A stretch of DNA of 36,769 nt from a virus. Its lineage: Duplodnaviria; Caudoviricetes. A program made the translations under genes and the position numbers. Shown here in pieces: positions 1-10,202 of this stretch. The DNA lies in the IMG/VR virus record IMGVR_UViG_3300037851_001075, positions 1 through 36,769 of that record. One strand, written 5' to 3'. The notes under the pieces are model-generated. The model searched no databases, had not been told where the DNA came from, and was given only the letters and a program-made list of their open reading frames with translations. Positions within the stretch are counted from its first letter, which is position 1; every line of letters begins with the position of its first letter.

Positions 1-1239
1 TGCTTCCTTAATCTTCGATATCTCTACGTTCTTCTTTGCGATCTGCTTATCTATCGCAGCGCGCTTTAACAGATCCTTCTTTGCGATCTTTATTACTTGC
101 CCGCCTTCTACTACTTCGCCTTTAAGTGCTGCGCGCTGCTCTTTGATCATAACGTCAAACACCTTTTCGGCTACCGCTGCTTCAAAATCTGCTGTCGGCT
201 TTGATATCCCTTCGCCGATCGCGTTCTTCGCAAGCGTATCTGCATAGCGCGGATAGTCAAAAGTTCCTGCCTTATCATAAAACTCTTTCGGCAGCGTTCC
301 TGCTTTTGCTTCCGCGTCTATACGCGCCATTATGTCTGCTTGTTTTCTCACGGGAATATCATTTATTCCGCCAACGCGGTCAGGCGGCGTGATCGCAGAA
401 GCGGGTTTTTGCGGCGCGCCTTCGGGCGCAGCAGCCCCTTCCTGTATTACGGGCGCGCCTTCAAAAAAGCCGCGCCCTGCCTTTACGTTTGACACTCCCC
501 TTACTCCCACCTTTGCTACCGCCCTTGTAAATAACGCGTCAAGCGTTGTTGAAACAGGGTGTTCCATTGTATAAAACCACTCGCGCTTAAAATCTTCGTA
601 TTGCTTATTCCCCGCAGCCATTTGAAACGGCGTAGCAACGAGTTTTGCGCCGCGTTTTAGCGTGCGCCATATTCCCTTGATCCCTTCCGTAAGCCCCCCT
701 ACTGTCAGGGCATAACCCGTTCCGCCGAGCGTCCTTGCAGATCTGTGAAGAAGATCATCGTAGATAGGCAACATCGCTTCAAACATTTCGGCTTCTATCC
801 TTGCCTTTTCTTCTGCGTTATCCGTGCTTTCATATTCTTGAAGTTTAAGTGCAAGGATCTCTTTTGCCTGCTCATCGTATATGCGCGGATCAAAAAGCCC
901 GCGAAGTATTTCAACTGCTTCTTTTGGGGTGTATTCGCCAAGACGGGAAAGAGTTCCTTCTACAAAACCTTCTTCCATAGGCGGGGCTGCCGTAATCATA
1001 CCGAGTTCGTTCAGCGTCTTAAAAGTATCGGAGTATCTTTTTGCCTGATCTTCTGTAAGCGCTTCTATATTCGCGCCCTGCATAGTAAAAACGGGCTGCC
1101 TGATAACATCTCTTTGCGGCGCTTGAACGGGCGGCGCTTGTATAAACTCGCCTTGCTGTTCGGGCGTAAGCGTTAGGGACGGGGCAGGCGCATTAAATAT
1201 CTGATCGGGTGTTGGGATCTCTTCGGGTTTGATCTCCAT
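1..1239 (-). CDS. N-terminal part (413 codons) of a large probable internal virion/ejection protein; runs off the left edge
   Basis: ATG at 1239 (MEIKPEEIPTPDQ...) directly after the stop of 1243..2607, and I saw no stop down to base 1. Absent from the ORF track because it has no stop in the window. Probably continues into 33903..36769. Confidence 0.75.
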   Translation of the reverse strand, partial: MEIKPEEIPTPDQIFNAPAPSLTLTPEQQGEFIQAPPVQAPQRDVIRQPVFTMQGANIEALTEDQAKRYSDTFKTLNELGMITAAPPMEEGFVEGTLSRLGEYTPKEAVEILRGLFDPRIYDEQAKEILALKLQEYESTDNAEEKARIEAEMFEAMLPIYDDLLHRSARTLGGTGYALTVGGLTEGIKGIWRTLKRGAKLVATPFQMAAGNKQYEDFKREWFYTMEHPVSTTLDALFTRAVAKVGVRGVSNVKAGRGFFEGAPVIQEGAAAPEGAPQKPASAITPPDRVGGINDIPVRKQADIMARIDAEAKAGTLPKEFYDKAGTFDYPRYADTLAKNAIGEGISKPTADFEAAVAEKVFDVMIKEQRAALKGEVVEGGQVIKIAKKDLLKRAAIDKQIAKKNVEISKIKEA

Positions 1240-1242
1240 AGA

Positions 1243-2607
1243 TCACACTCCGAGCGAAGATTTTAGTGTCCTGTAAGCCGATAGTCCCGAAGGTATATTC
1301 TCATAATTCGTAAGAACTTCGCTAAAATAATCCCGCGTTGCTACCTTCTTCGATCCTTTTGCCTGTGCTGTCTGTGCTGCTTGTATCTTGTTTTGAGATA
1401 TAGGACGCGCTACGGGCGCAGGACGCGGCGCGATCGGCGCTGTCGGTGTGGGCGTTGCCGTTGCGGGAACTGTCGGCGTAAACGAAGGGACTACGGGCGC
1501 AGTAATTGCAGGCGAAGGCGCAGCCAAAGGCGCAGCGGCGGGCGCGGGAACTGCCCCTTGCTGCTGCTGCGCCTGATATGCAACATAACTTGACGGCATA
1601 GGTTGCGGCTGTCCCGCAGGCGCAAACATACCGCCTGTCTGCGAAAACAGTTCTTTGCCCTTTGCGGCTACGTTCATCGCTTGCTGATAGATATCTGCTG
1701 ACGCGCCTTGTGCTGCCGTAGAAAAGCGCTGCGGCGTTCCGTATATCGTATTAAGGGCGTTGACGGCTGCCGCCTTTGAGTTTTCGGGGATCGGGTTGTA
1801 AGATCCTTCAATTACCTTTTGCAGATCATTATCAAGCCATATAGCGCCGTCTGCTGTTTTCGGGATAGACTTTGCCCAAGAAAGCGTTTTTCCCAAGATC
1901 GCGTTTCCGAGCATAGAGTTATAATATTGTTCCGAGTTCATTTTCCCGCCCGCGTAAAGCGCGTATGCGTAGTTGTTGAGTTTTTCGGTTATATCCCCTT
2001 CGTTCATATTTGCGAAGCCCGTCATCTGTCCCCACTCCGTCTTTTTTGCAGGGTTTATATCGTCTATGAATAACGAATAAATCATAGACATTTCGGGTGT
2101 GGTGTTCGCGCCTACGGCTTTCAGTGTTTCTGCGGCAGCCGTAGTATAAAGCAGTTGTCCTGCGTTCTTCTTCTCGAAAAGATTTTTGTTAGGGTATTTT
2201 TCTGCGTATTGCAGGATCTTCTGATCCGCAAGATCGGAGTAGTGCGGCGGCTCTTTCTGCGATCCCATATACATACGCAGATAATTCATACGGTCATCAA
2301 CGGCTTTTGAAAGAAGTTTTTCGCCGAGCGTTCGCCCGAAGTATGTAAGCACGTTCACCGTTGGCATTTCAGGAAGTTTCTCTATGATCGCCTTGCGCAG
2401 ATTTTTACCTTCGTTCTGTGATAGCCCGTCAAACATTTTCATATATTTCGTTGCATACGGCGACAGAACACCATAATCGGCAACGTCCTGCATTTCAGCG
2501 ATCGTTCGTTCAACTTCCGCGTTTTTGATCGCCGTTGCAAGTTCAACGCCTTTTGCGGCTGCTTCTGTTAATTTGGAAAAAGCCGTAGGGCTATATATCG
2601 GGGGCAT
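1243..2607 (-). CDS. Probable internal virion (ejection) protein, 454 aa, Pro/Ala/Thr-rich C-terminal part
   Basis: Long ORF with SD-like AAGGAAGGTG. Position after the nozzle and before the giant ORF matches podophage ejection genes. Function is inferred from synteny. Confidence 0.6.
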   Translation of the reverse strand: MPPIYSPTAFSKLTEAAAKGVELATAIKNAEVERTIAEMQDVADYGVLSPYATKYMKMFDGLSQNEGKNLRKAIIEKLPEMPTVNVLTYFGRTLGEKLLSKAVDDRMNYLRMYMGSQKEPPHYSDLADQKILQYAEKYPNKNLFEKKNAGQLLYTTAAAETLKAVGANTTPEMSMIYSLFIDDINPAKKTEWGQMTGFANMNEGDITEKLNNYAYALYAGGKMNSEQYYNSMLGNAILGKTLSWAKSIPKTADGAIWLDNDLQKVIEGSYNPIPENSKAAAVNALNTIYGTPQRFSTAAQGASADIYQQAMNVAAKGKELFSQTGGMFAPAGQPQPMPSSYVAYQAQQQQGAVPAPAAAPLAAPSPAITAPVVPSFTPTVPATATPTPTAPIAPRPAPVARPISQNKIQAAQTAQAKGSKKVATRDYFSEVLTNYENIPSGLSAYRTLKSSLGV

Positions 2608-2619
2608 AGCACACCTTCC

Positions 2620-3264
2620 TTATCTGATCGGCGCTGTCAGGGAAAGTCCCTGCGGGCGCGGAACGTTAAACGGGTTTATCGCATTAGATCCGCCCGTTAT
2701 GTTTTGCATTAAAGAGTTATAAAGATCTACTGTGTTCTGATTTGCGGCATACTGTCCTGCCGCCGTTCCCGTTGCCTGCGGCACAAATTGCGAAGTCGCT
2801 ATATCAGAAAGCGCGCTTGTCAGATAGTCCGCTATATCGAAGCCCCGCTGTGTGGCAGCGCCCTGCTGCGCGTATGCTTGCTGCTGCGCTTGTAGCATAG
2901 ACCTTCCAAGCACATCTGCCTTTGCCGCGCTGATTTGCGACATAAAGTCCTCGATCGCCTTCTTGCGTTCTTTGTCTGCCGTTTCTGCAAGGTAGTTCTC
3001 TATCGCGCCGCCTGAATATATGCCACGCGCGGCAGCGCTTTTTATCGCCTTGTTCCTTTCAGTGTCATAGAACTCACCTATTTTAGCAAGTCCCTGATCT
3101 ATTATCGGCTGATAGTATTGATCTATCTGCCCGCGCATAAAGTTCGAATATCCTTCAAAATAGTTTGTCGGGTTTACAGAAGGTTGAAACGCTCTTCCTA
3201 AAACCGATCCGATCGCCTGCGTCCCAAGTGAAGCAACATACGGGGCTAAAAATTCAAATGCCAT
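2620..3264 (-). CDS. Probable small ejection/pilot protein (Ala/Gln/Gly-rich)
   Basis: SD AAGGAAGGTGG before ATG 3264. Hydrophobic N-terminus and an AARGIYSGG motif of the kind seen in podophage pilot proteins. Synteny. Confidence 0.55.
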   Translation of the reverse strand: MAFEFLAPYVASLGTQAIGSVLGRAFQPSVNPTNYFEGYSNFMRGQIDQYYQPIIDQGLAKIGEFYDTERNKAIKSAAARGIYSGGAIENYLAETADKERKKAIEDFMSQISAAKADVLGRSMLQAQQQAYAQQGAATQRGFDIADYLTSALSDIATSQFVPQATGTAAGQYAANQNTVDLYNSLMQNITGGSNAINPFNVPRPQGLSLTAPIR

Positions 3265-3282
3265 TTTATCCACCTTCCTTTG

Positions 3283-3519
3283 TCAAGGTAGTGCTGTCAA
3301 GTTGACATAATACCATTTATCGCTTAAACGCACAAGTAAGCGTTTATTAACATCATCTACTTCTACTTGTCCCGCGAAGCCCGCAGCCGTTCCTGACGGG
3401 CTTCCCTGATTTACATCGTGAAAGCGGCTTTGCCCCTGATTTCTCAACTTCCGCTGTAATAGATCTATCTGCGGATCGCCTGTCGGCGCAAGTCCTTTCA
3501 CTCGCCCTGTTCCCGCCAT
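3283..3519 (-). CDS. Small hypothetical virion protein, 78 aa
   Basis: Tightly packed between the nozzle and pilot genes. Confidence 0.6.
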   Translation of the reverse strand: MAGTGRVKGLAPTGDPQIDLLQRKLRNQGQSRFHDVNQGSPSGTAAGFAGQVEVDDVNKRLLVRLSDKWYYVNLTALP

Positions 3520-3520
3520 T

Positions 3521-6337
3521 TTACAAACCCCCTGACTTTATCGCGCTTTGATAGTTCGGATCTTTGTCCCTGACTTCATACTCGATCTTCATAGAGCGTA
3601 TGCCTATTAGATCAAATATGTGATCAACGTGGACATCAAGATCCCACTGCGCCCATATAAATCTGACTATTACGGAGTTTGCCCACCCTATCGGCTCGCG
3701 CCTGCCTTCGCAGAACGTAGTCCACGCTGCGGGAGTTATGCTTCCCGAAAACGGCGGGATCTGTCGCGGATCTTGAACGGGGATAAACTTCGGCAGCGGC
3801 AGCCCCGCTGTGTAATTGATCGGGTGATTTAAAGGCGAAGTAATTCCGCCCGAAACATTGTTCAAATATGTGAAGCGCTGCCCTTCATACGGCGTTGTCT
3901 GATCTACCCACAGATCAAGATCGCCCGCATACGCTTCCAAGTCTTCGCCTGTTTTAAGCAAGATCTCTACCTTCAACTGATTAGGCATTATCGGCGGCGA
4001 AGGCGCAAGCCCGCGCTGATCGCGGTCAAGCATTATCGTAATACGCTTTATGTTCTTAAAGATCCCGTCATCTATAAAATATTCAAACTCCGCAGCGGCG
4101 GGCGAAAGCCGAGCAAGCGTGCGATCTTCCCACTCCGAACGGATCTCATAGACGTTTGTCCTGTTTGAAGAAAAACTATCCTGAAAGACAAGCGTCTTGT
4201 GCGCCCAATTCAGCATAAACGCAGCGCGCCTGAACTCCCATTTGAAATATCGGAAGCCAATTTCCTGATCCGATCCGTCTAACATCATAATCGGACTATT
4301 GTATTCATCGCCCGCCTGTGTATAAGCGATAAGATACTTGTTCTTCCACATAACAGAAGATATGTTGTGGTTGCTTTTGGGAAAGTTTACAAGCGACTTA
4401 TACCAAAACACTTTGAAAAAGTTCATCTGAAACGGCTTTAACATATAAAACGGCGTAGCCGCGTTTGCGGTTATTTGGAACTGTATCGCTGTTGTAAGTC
4501 CCGCAGCGTGCGGATCGGGCGGCGGGCTGCCGTCAGTGCAGGCAAGCCAAGCAGACCAAGTGGACGTAGCCCCGTTATAGAAGCGCATTTCAAATGCCTT
4601 TGTCCACGTTCCACCGTGTTCGTTGTAATCAAGTTCCACAGCGCCCCAAAAGTCTTGATCAACTGATATTTCCTTGCTGCGCCAATAAAGGTTGGTAAAG
4701 CGGGCGCGTCCCCATACTCCCGTTATAGACGCTTGCGCGTTAAATACCCGCATATAATAATATCCGCTTCCGTATGCTGACGCGTCTTGATAGTTTATGT
4801 TATATGTATATGTAAATTGCATATATCTTCCCGACATTACTTGCAGGATAAATGGATCGCTTTCAAGTTTTGCATAATAACTCCACCCCGATCCCGCTAC
4901 TCCACCTGTTAACGGATTATGATAAAGGGCGTGAAAACTTTCTACGTTAAATACTACCTTTGCGTTGCAATATTTCTTCGCGGAATTAAAAGTTCCGCTA
5001 TCTACGTTTATCGTAGCCCCGCCCGTCAAACTTACAGATCCGCCCGTTCCTGTTATTCCCCAAGAGTAATCGCTGCTATGTATAACACTATTATCTGCCG
5101 TATCAATAACCTGAAAGTTTATCTTGCGCGGGATAGGACAAAAACCCTGTGAGTTTGTTAAGTGCGGGAAGTTTTTGTTTTTAACAAAAGCAGCAGTTCC
5201 GCTTGTAAAGTCCCAAATCTGCTTGCTTGTATCAACGGAAGAATAAGCCCAATTTGTAGAGCCGTTCCAAAATGTATTATTTTCAAGTTGAAACATAGTC
5301 CCGTCATCAGGACTATACATCGTATCTGCGATGAAGGTAGTGCTTTTTGTGGTAGTTTCATAATAGTAATTAAGCGGCGTTCCGCCTGTGTCTTTCTGTG
5401 AGTTCCACTGCTGCCCGATAAGCGTGAACTCATATATCTTGAAGTCATAGATCTGCGTCATCTGTTTTGCAGAAATAGGAATATTTTTCGGCAGCACGGT
5501 AATCCCTGTGCCGTCTGTCATATAGAAGCCGTCATACCCCAAGAATATAACAAACCCGCCGTATTCCTGTAAACTGTCCGAGTTCATACAGCCAATATCA
5601 TCAGATAACGGGATCAGTTCGAAGTTCTCTTCGCTAGTTCCTGTGAGAAGGCGAACAGCGTCATTTTTGAATACAAGCAAGCCGTGCTTGCAGTTTGCAA
5701 GTCCCGTCCCGCGTCCGCTGCGTCTGCTTGTTATTTTGAATACATTTGTAGCGGGGAAGCGATCCGAAGAAGCCGCGCCCGTAAGTCCGATCGTTGAATA
5801 ATAAAGTCCGTCAGGGTTAAAGTCATCGTTTAATATCCATACGCGATCGCCGTATGATATTATGTATCGCCCTTTCTTTGCGGCGGTTTCATCTATCGTT
5901 GCCGATCCGTCATATCGCCAAACGTTATTGCTTCCGTTCGTTCCGATAAGAAAACCGAGATATGAAGTCATTTTTGTATCGTATAACGGTGAAAGGACAA
6001 GGGGGTTTGCGGGAATAGTTGGATCGGGTATGTTGGTGTATGTGCTAAAATCTTCGGTGATCTTAACGTTTACGTTATCCGTCATCGCTACCCTTTGAGT
6101 TGAAACGCGATCTACATAAGCAAAGGCGCGCTTTACAACGAAGTTCAATGGCGTGGTATATTTTTGTTCAAAGGCGGGGTATGGACGCAATACCCCGCCT
6201 TCATCTACATATACGTTGTGCGTAAGGCGTGCCTGATTTGGCGCGCGGTTTAAGTTCTCGTTTAAACCGCCGCTGAAATCCTTTTCAAGTGTGAATAGGT
6301 CTAACTGCCGCTGTGTCTGTCCGCCTGATAGTTTCAT
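3521..6337 (-). CDS. Tail nozzle / DNA stabilisation protein (P22 gp10 / T7 gp12-like beta-propeller) with a large insertion, 938 aa
   Basis: N-terminal DFSGGLN motif and propeller-like segments (YGDRVWI, LYYS, LLVFK, DIGC, FLGYDGFY). Lies downstream of the adaptor. Confidence 0.7.
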   Translation of the reverse strand: MKLSGGQTQRQLDLFTLEKDFSGGLNENLNRAPNQARLTHNVYVDEGGVLRPYPAFEQKYTTPLNFVVKRAFAYVDRVSTQRVAMTDNVNVKITEDFSTYTNIPDPTIPANPLVLSPLYDTKMTSYLGFLIGTNGSNNVWRYDGSATIDETAAKKGRYIISYGDRVWILNDDFNPDGLYYSTIGLTGAASSDRFPATNVFKITSRRSGRGTGLANCKHGLLVFKNDAVRLLTGTSEENFELIPLSDDIGCMNSDSLQEYGGFVIFLGYDGFYMTDGTGITVLPKNIPISAKQMTQIYDFKIYEFTLIGQQWNSQKDTGGTPLNYYYETTTKSTTFIADTMYSPDDGTMFQLENNTFWNGSTNWAYSSVDTSKQIWDFTSGTAAFVKNKNFPHLTNSQGFCPIPRKINFQVIDTADNSVIHSSDYSWGITGTGGSVSLTGGATINVDSGTFNSAKKYCNAKVVFNVESFHALYHNPLTGGVAGSGWSYYAKLESDPFILQVMSGRYMQFTYTYNINYQDASAYGSGYYYMRVFNAQASITGVWGRARFTNLYWRSKEISVDQDFWGAVELDYNEHGGTWTKAFEMRFYNGATSTWSAWLACTDGSPPPDPHAAGLTTAIQFQITANAATPFYMLKPFQMNFFKVFWYKSLVNFPKSNHNISSVMWKNKYLIAYTQAGDEYNSPIMMLDGSDQEIGFRYFKWEFRRAAFMLNWAHKTLVFQDSFSSNRTNVYEIRSEWEDRTLARLSPAAAEFEYFIDDGIFKNIKRITIMLDRDQRGLAPSPPIMPNQLKVEILLKTGEDLEAYAGDLDLWVDQTTPYEGQRFTYLNNVSGGITSPLNHPINYTAGLPLPKFIPVQDPRQIPPFSGSITPAAWTTFCEGRREPIGWANSVIVRFIWAQWDLDVHVDHIFDLIGIRSMKIEYEVRDKDPNYQSAIKSGGL

Positions 6338-6342
6338 TTCGC

Positions 6343-6771
6343 CTATTTCGCCTTGAAGCCAAGATACAGCACACCCGCGCTTTCATAGTTTTGCATAGGG
6401 CGAACTGCGCTTAATGTAAACCCCACGATCTCGTTTGGTTTTATGTAGTGAAACCTTCCCGCGATCCTGACTTCCTGCTCTTCTTTGGAAGTGTTCTTGT
6501 AAAAATAGATCGCGTTGAATTTGTCGCCTTCGATATACGTTATGTTCTGCTTCGTAATATCAAGTGCGTCAACGATCGCCTGCGGGTTTTCTTTCTTTTT
6601 CGGCGCGGGATCAGGCGGCGGCGCGGTCATATCTTCATCATCGCCCGCGTCCTGCGGCGCTATCGCGCCTGCTGCTACAAGTGCCGCTTCGATATCTTCC
6701 TTGCTTGCGTTGCGCGGAACTTCGATCCCCTTCTGTTTCGCGATCTCTAACAACTCTTTTTTCGTTGACAT
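6343..6771 (-). CDS. Hypothetical protein with N-terminal HeH/Rho-N-like helical motif
   Basis: TKKELLEIAKQKGIEVPRNASKEDI pattern, followed by an acidic/Pro linker. Leader AAAAAAACGAAAGGCGG. Confidence 0.6.
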   Translation of the reverse strand: MSTKKELLEIAKQKGIEVPRNASKEDIEAALVAAGAIAPQDAGDDEDMTAPPPDPAPKKKENPQAIVDALDITKQNITYIEGDKFNAIYFYKNTSKEEQEVRIAGRFHYIKPNEIVGFTLSAVRPMQNYESAGVLYLGFKAK

Positions 6772-6795
6772 CTTTACTACCGCCTTTCGTTTTTT

Positions 6796-7422
6796 TTAAA
6801 CGAGATCTATTCTCTCGCCCCTGATCGCGCCCAACTTGTCGCGGCTTCCTTCATACTCGCGCTGATAGAAAGCAGACAACGGATCGCGATCATATTCTTT
6901 TTTCCACAGATATATTACTCCCTTTATAAGCGGATCTATAAATGTTTCAGGTATTACTGAAAGAAAATCTTCTGTGTCCGTAAGCCATATTGCGTCAAGC
7001 GCGTTCACATCAGGGATATTGCTTGTTATGACGCGTATATAATAATTGCTTTCAGGCTCAAAGTGCAGCCGCAGAACAAAGCCCTGAACTGTTGCGGCAA
7101 GATCCGAGTGAAAATCGAACTCGTAATCTATGTTCTTGTCAAGTTGAACGAAGGTTTGATTATAAATATCAAAGTCTTCGGAAGTCCCGTATAATACCTT
7201 TTCGCAGGATATAATGCTGTCAGTTGTCTGCCAACGGAACTCGCGTTCAACGGGGTTTGTTCCTACAAACACATCGTAAGCCCTTCTGAACGCCTGCGTT
7301 TCCTGTGCTATATCCCTGATCCTGTCCTTGACAAGCGTCAGCATAACGTTCGGCGTAAGGCGCGGGTTGAAATCAACGGCGTTTATAATGCGCTTTTTAA
7401 AATCGCCTATTGTTAGTCCCAT
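6796..7422 (-). CDS. Probable head-tail adaptor protein, 208 aa
   Basis: Size and position before the nozzle. C-terminal IPETFIDPLIKGVIY resembles the IP..f...l..g motif of podophage adaptors. Confidence 0.55.
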   Translation of the reverse strand: MGLTIGDFKKRIINAVDFNPRLTPNVMLTLVKDRIRDIAQETQAFRRAYDVFVGTNPVEREFRWQTTDSIISCEKVLYGTSEDFDIYNQTFVQLDKNIDYEFDFHSDLAATVQGFVLRLHFEPESNYYIRVITSNIPDVNALDAIWLTDTEDFLSVIPETFIDPLIKGVIYLWKKEYDRDPLSAFYQREYEGSRDKLGAIRGERIDLV

Positions 7423-7774
7423 ATTTGACCACCCTTTCGACCGATAATTTCAAGCGCCTGATCGCCGACATGGTTTTCATAACGATCGGGAACTTCCTTT
7501 CGAGTTCTATCTGCTTGCGCCACAGCCACGTTGAAAGATCAAACTTCTTTTTCTGTTTAAGACCGCTTACAACGAAAGATCGCGTTTGATTTATGTGATA
7601 TCTCTTCGCGTCTTTTGCAAGAACTGTTGTTTCGTGCATAAACGCCTTATCGTTGCCTTCGCGGCGCGCGGCTTCTTTCTTGTCTATTTTATTGAGCGTG
7701 TCCTTCCACATATTATCGAAAGTTGCCCTTGACATCTCAACGTGCTTTTTTGCTTCGGGATCGTAAACCTTCAT
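7397..7774 (-). CDS. Basic hypothetical protein, 125 aa
   Basis: Overlaps both neighbours in the operon. Confidence 0.6.
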   Translation of the reverse strand: MKVYDPEAKKHVEMSRATFDNMWKDTLNKIDKKEAARREGNDKAFMHETTVLAKDAKRYHINQTRSFVVSGLKQKKKFDLSTWLWRKQIELERKFPIVMKTMSAIRRLKLSVERVVKYGTNNRRF

Positions 7775-7959
7775 TTATTCCCTTTCGCTATTCCCCTTAA
7801 AGTTTCAGCAAGAACGGCGCGCTTCTTCACGGTAGGGTTTTTCGACTTCTTCCCTTCCGCGATCGCTTTGGTCAGCGTCATATTGCGTTCCTGTGCATAC
7901 TTTTTAAAAGCGCCCTTGTTCTTAATCGCGCCCGCGATCCACTTCTTTTTGTCAGACAT
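7771..7959 (-). CDS. Small basic phage protein (KWIxxAIKxxGA...KRAxLAxTL type)
   Basis: Pattern recalled from small basic proteins in phage head modules. SD GGGGG. Confidence 0.65.
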   Translation of the reverse strand: MSDKKKWIAGAIKNKGAFKKYAQERNMTLTKAIAEGKKSKNPTVKKRAVLAETLRGIAKGNK

Positions 7960-7968
7960 AGTAGCCCC

Positions 7969-8130
7969 CTATTTCATCAGATCTGAAAGAAACTGTGCTT
8001 CTTCTTCCCGTTTCTTTTTCAGGCGACCTTTAACGCGCCATACGTTCGGCGTTGCATGCTGCTGCTGTTCGGGAGTTTCTTCAACGTCAGCGTTTTCCTT
8101 TTTGCTTTTATCCTTTTTTGTGTCAGCCAT
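7969..8130 (-). CDS. Small charged protein, 53 aa (MADTKKDKSKKENADVEE...), not in the ORF track
   Basis: Read by hand from ATG 8130 to TAG 7969, with GGGG upstream. Fills the operon gap. Confidence 0.6.
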   Translation of the reverse strand: MADTKKDKSKKENADVEETPEQQQHATPNVWRVKGRLKKKREEEAQFLSDLMK

Positions 8131-8146
8131 TTTATAACCCCGAAGG

Positions 8147-8194
8147 CGCTACGAGCAGGCGGGATAACGCGCTATCCCGCCCGCTGCGTTAGCG
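8147..8194 (-). terminator. Long GC-rich hairpin after the capsid gene (attenuator, mRNA stabiliser or processing stem)
   Basis: CGCTA..GCGGGCGGGATA-GCGCGT-TATCCCGCCTGC..TAGCG on the minus strand. No U-tract, so not a classic intrinsic terminator. Confidence 0.5.
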
Positions 8195-8217
8195 TTTATA
8201 CTACTGCGATCTTACGA

Positions 8218-9447
8218 TCACAGCGTTGCGTCTAATGCGTCTATCCTGCCGAACGCGTTCCTGCGCTTCGTGGTTATGTTGTAATCCATAACCCCCTTCG
8301 CCCAAAATACGTCCGAGTTCCTGTCCCCGTGAAGCAGTTGCCCGTCAAGGTCATCGAAGATGAACGCGCTGAACTTGTTGTTCTTCGTGGGGTAAAGTTG
8401 GTGTATTTTCAGGAAAGAAGGGTTGAAGCCGAATACTTGCCCGTAGGGGCAGTAAAGATCGGCATAGATCGGGTAGCCGTTGTAATTCAGCGCCGTGAAG
8501 CCGCCCTGTATGTCCATCATCTTTGGCGCTATAAACTTCTGTTGCAGGATCATAGCGATCTTGTTCCTGATCGCTTCTGTCGTGCAAACGATGATGTCCT
8601 TGCCCGCCCTTTCAAGCACGGTAAGAAGGTTTTGCAGGCGCAGTTCTGTGATCGCCCTTAAAGCCGCTGCCGTGTCAACGTAGCCGTTCCACCTGTGGAA
8701 CGTTGCTTCCGAGATCCCTTGAAGGTTGCTGACAAGCGTCCCGTTGTCCGCGAAGCCCATTAAGCCCATTGGCTCGTTGTTGTAGTTCCTGTCGATGAAG
8801 AGATAGTCCCCCGCGACAAGTCCGACAACGGTATCAAGCGTGAGTTGTCTTGCGGCTTCGTTTACAGCCGTTATTGTGTAAGATCCCCTGCGGGTTGCGA
8901 AGGTAGGATCGTATGCTTCCAATACCATACCTTCGTCAAACCAGTTCATATTTGGGGCGATCCCCGCGAGCGCAGCGCCCGCGCCTTCGATCGTTATCGT
9001 GCTTCCTGCGATCGCGTCCACAAGCCCAAGATCGCCGCGTCCGAAACCGTATGCCGCCCTGTTGATCTCGATCCTGCCGCTTTCCGAAGCGTTCTTTAAC
9101 TCGAACTGAACGAGATTTTCGAAAGCCCCTTCCTTCGTTAAGCAGGCGCGTATCGCCATACCGTCAAACTCCGTGTAGGCGTAGAGCGTCCTGATTTCCG
9201 AAGTCGAGTGTTTCGTTTGAGCGTTCCCGCCTTGCGGCATATATTGCGATGTTTGGCGGAAGCCCATTTTGGTGTTCCTTGTGAGAACAACGGGGTGTTT
9301 GATAGTCCTTGCCCCAATGTCAACGTCATCAGTTCCCGCTGTAATTTGGTTAAGCAGCATAGTGTCCTTTACTATCTGATTAACGATCGGCTCGCGGAAT
9401 ACTGTTTTAAGCAGCCCTTCTATGTCGGCTATCGTGATTTCAGCCAT
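8218..9447 (-). CDS. Major capsid protein (HK97 fold), 409 aa
   Basis: Follows portal and scaffold. Motifs GLMGF, LQGI, GGFTALNYNGYPIYADLYCP and terminal RNAFGRI resemble podophage MCPs. Confidence 0.85.
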   Translation of the reverse strand: MAEITIADIEGLLKTVFREPIVNQIVKDTMLLNQITAGTDDVDIGARTIKHPVVLTRNTKMGFRQTSQYMPQGGNAQTKHSTSEIRTLYAYTEFDGMAIRACLTKEGAFENLVQFELKNASESGRIEINRAAYGFGRGDLGLVDAIAGSTITIEGAGAALAGIAPNMNWFDEGMVLEAYDPTFATRRGSYTITAVNEAARQLTLDTVVGLVAGDYLFIDRNYNNEPMGLMGFADNGTLVSNLQGISEATFHRWNGYVDTAAALRAITELRLQNLLTVLERAGKDIIVCTTEAIRNKIAMILQQKFIAPKMMDIQGGFTALNYNGYPIYADLYCPYGQVFGFNPSFLKIHQLYPTKNNKFSAFIFDDLDGQLLHGDRNSDVFWAKGVMDYNITTKRRNAFGRIDALDATL

Positions 9448-9482
9448 TGTATTTCACCTTACCTTTGTAGTAGTTGGTTGCG

Positions 9483-10175
9483 TCAAGTTTTTTTCAAATA
9501 CGTTTGAACACGTTTTGAAAGTTCCGCCGCGTCATCAAGCGTAATTGGCTTATCGCTTCCTTCGCCTGACGGAACGGGCGCGCCGCCGCCACCGATAAGA
9601 TCCTTTCGTGCGGCTTCGGACTTCTCTTTGATGTATGTTTCGTGTCTTTTGGCAACGCGGGCTTCGATCTCTTCGTGGATCTCTTTCGCAATTTCAGGGA
9701 TCTTTTTCAAGTCCCGCTTGTCGGGCGCAAGGTCAAGTAAGCGCCTTCTGATGTCCGCCACTGTTGCGTTCGGGAACTGCTCAACGGCTTTTTCCGCTTT
9801 CATTTCAAACACTTCTTTTGTAAGTCCAAGAAGTGCCTGATCGCGCGGATCGATAGGATCACCCTGCGGCTTGCCGCCGCCTGCGCCCTGTCCGCCATTT
9901 CCGCCTTCCCCGCCTGCCGCAGCGCCGCTTCCTGCCTTCGCTGACTTCAAGCGTTCCCGTCCTGCTGCTACGAGATCGTTCCAAGACATCTTGCCTTCGC
10001 CGAGATCTACAACTTCATCTGCTTCGAAAGCGTCTGCGTTGACGGCTGCGCCGTCTGCCGCCGCCTGACCACCGTTTGGGTTTTGATCAGGTTGGGGTTG
10101 TGATCCGCTTCCGTTTTGCGCTGCGTTTTGGGCTGCCCCTGCGCCTGCCGCTGCGCCTGCGTTCTCGTTTGCCAT
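9483..10175 (-). CDS. Capsid scaffolding protein
   Basis: Immediately upstream of the MCP. Low-complexity N-terminus, charged helices and a C-terminal GGGAP...ITLDDAA motif. Confidence 0.7.
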   Translation of the reverse strand: MANENAGAAAGAGAAQNAAQNGSGSQPQPDQNPNGGQAAADGAAVNADAFEADEVVDLGEGKMSWNDLVAAGRERLKSAKAGSGAAAGGEGGNGGQGAGGGKPQGDPIDPRDQALLGLTKEVFEMKAEKAVEQFPNATVADIRRRLLDLAPDKRDLKKIPEIAKEIHEEIEARVAKRHETYIKEKSEAARKDLIGGGGAPVPSGEGSDKPITLDDAAELSKRVQTYLKKT

Positions 10176-10202
10176 TTTAGACACCTTCCCTTTTCGTTTA
10201 TT

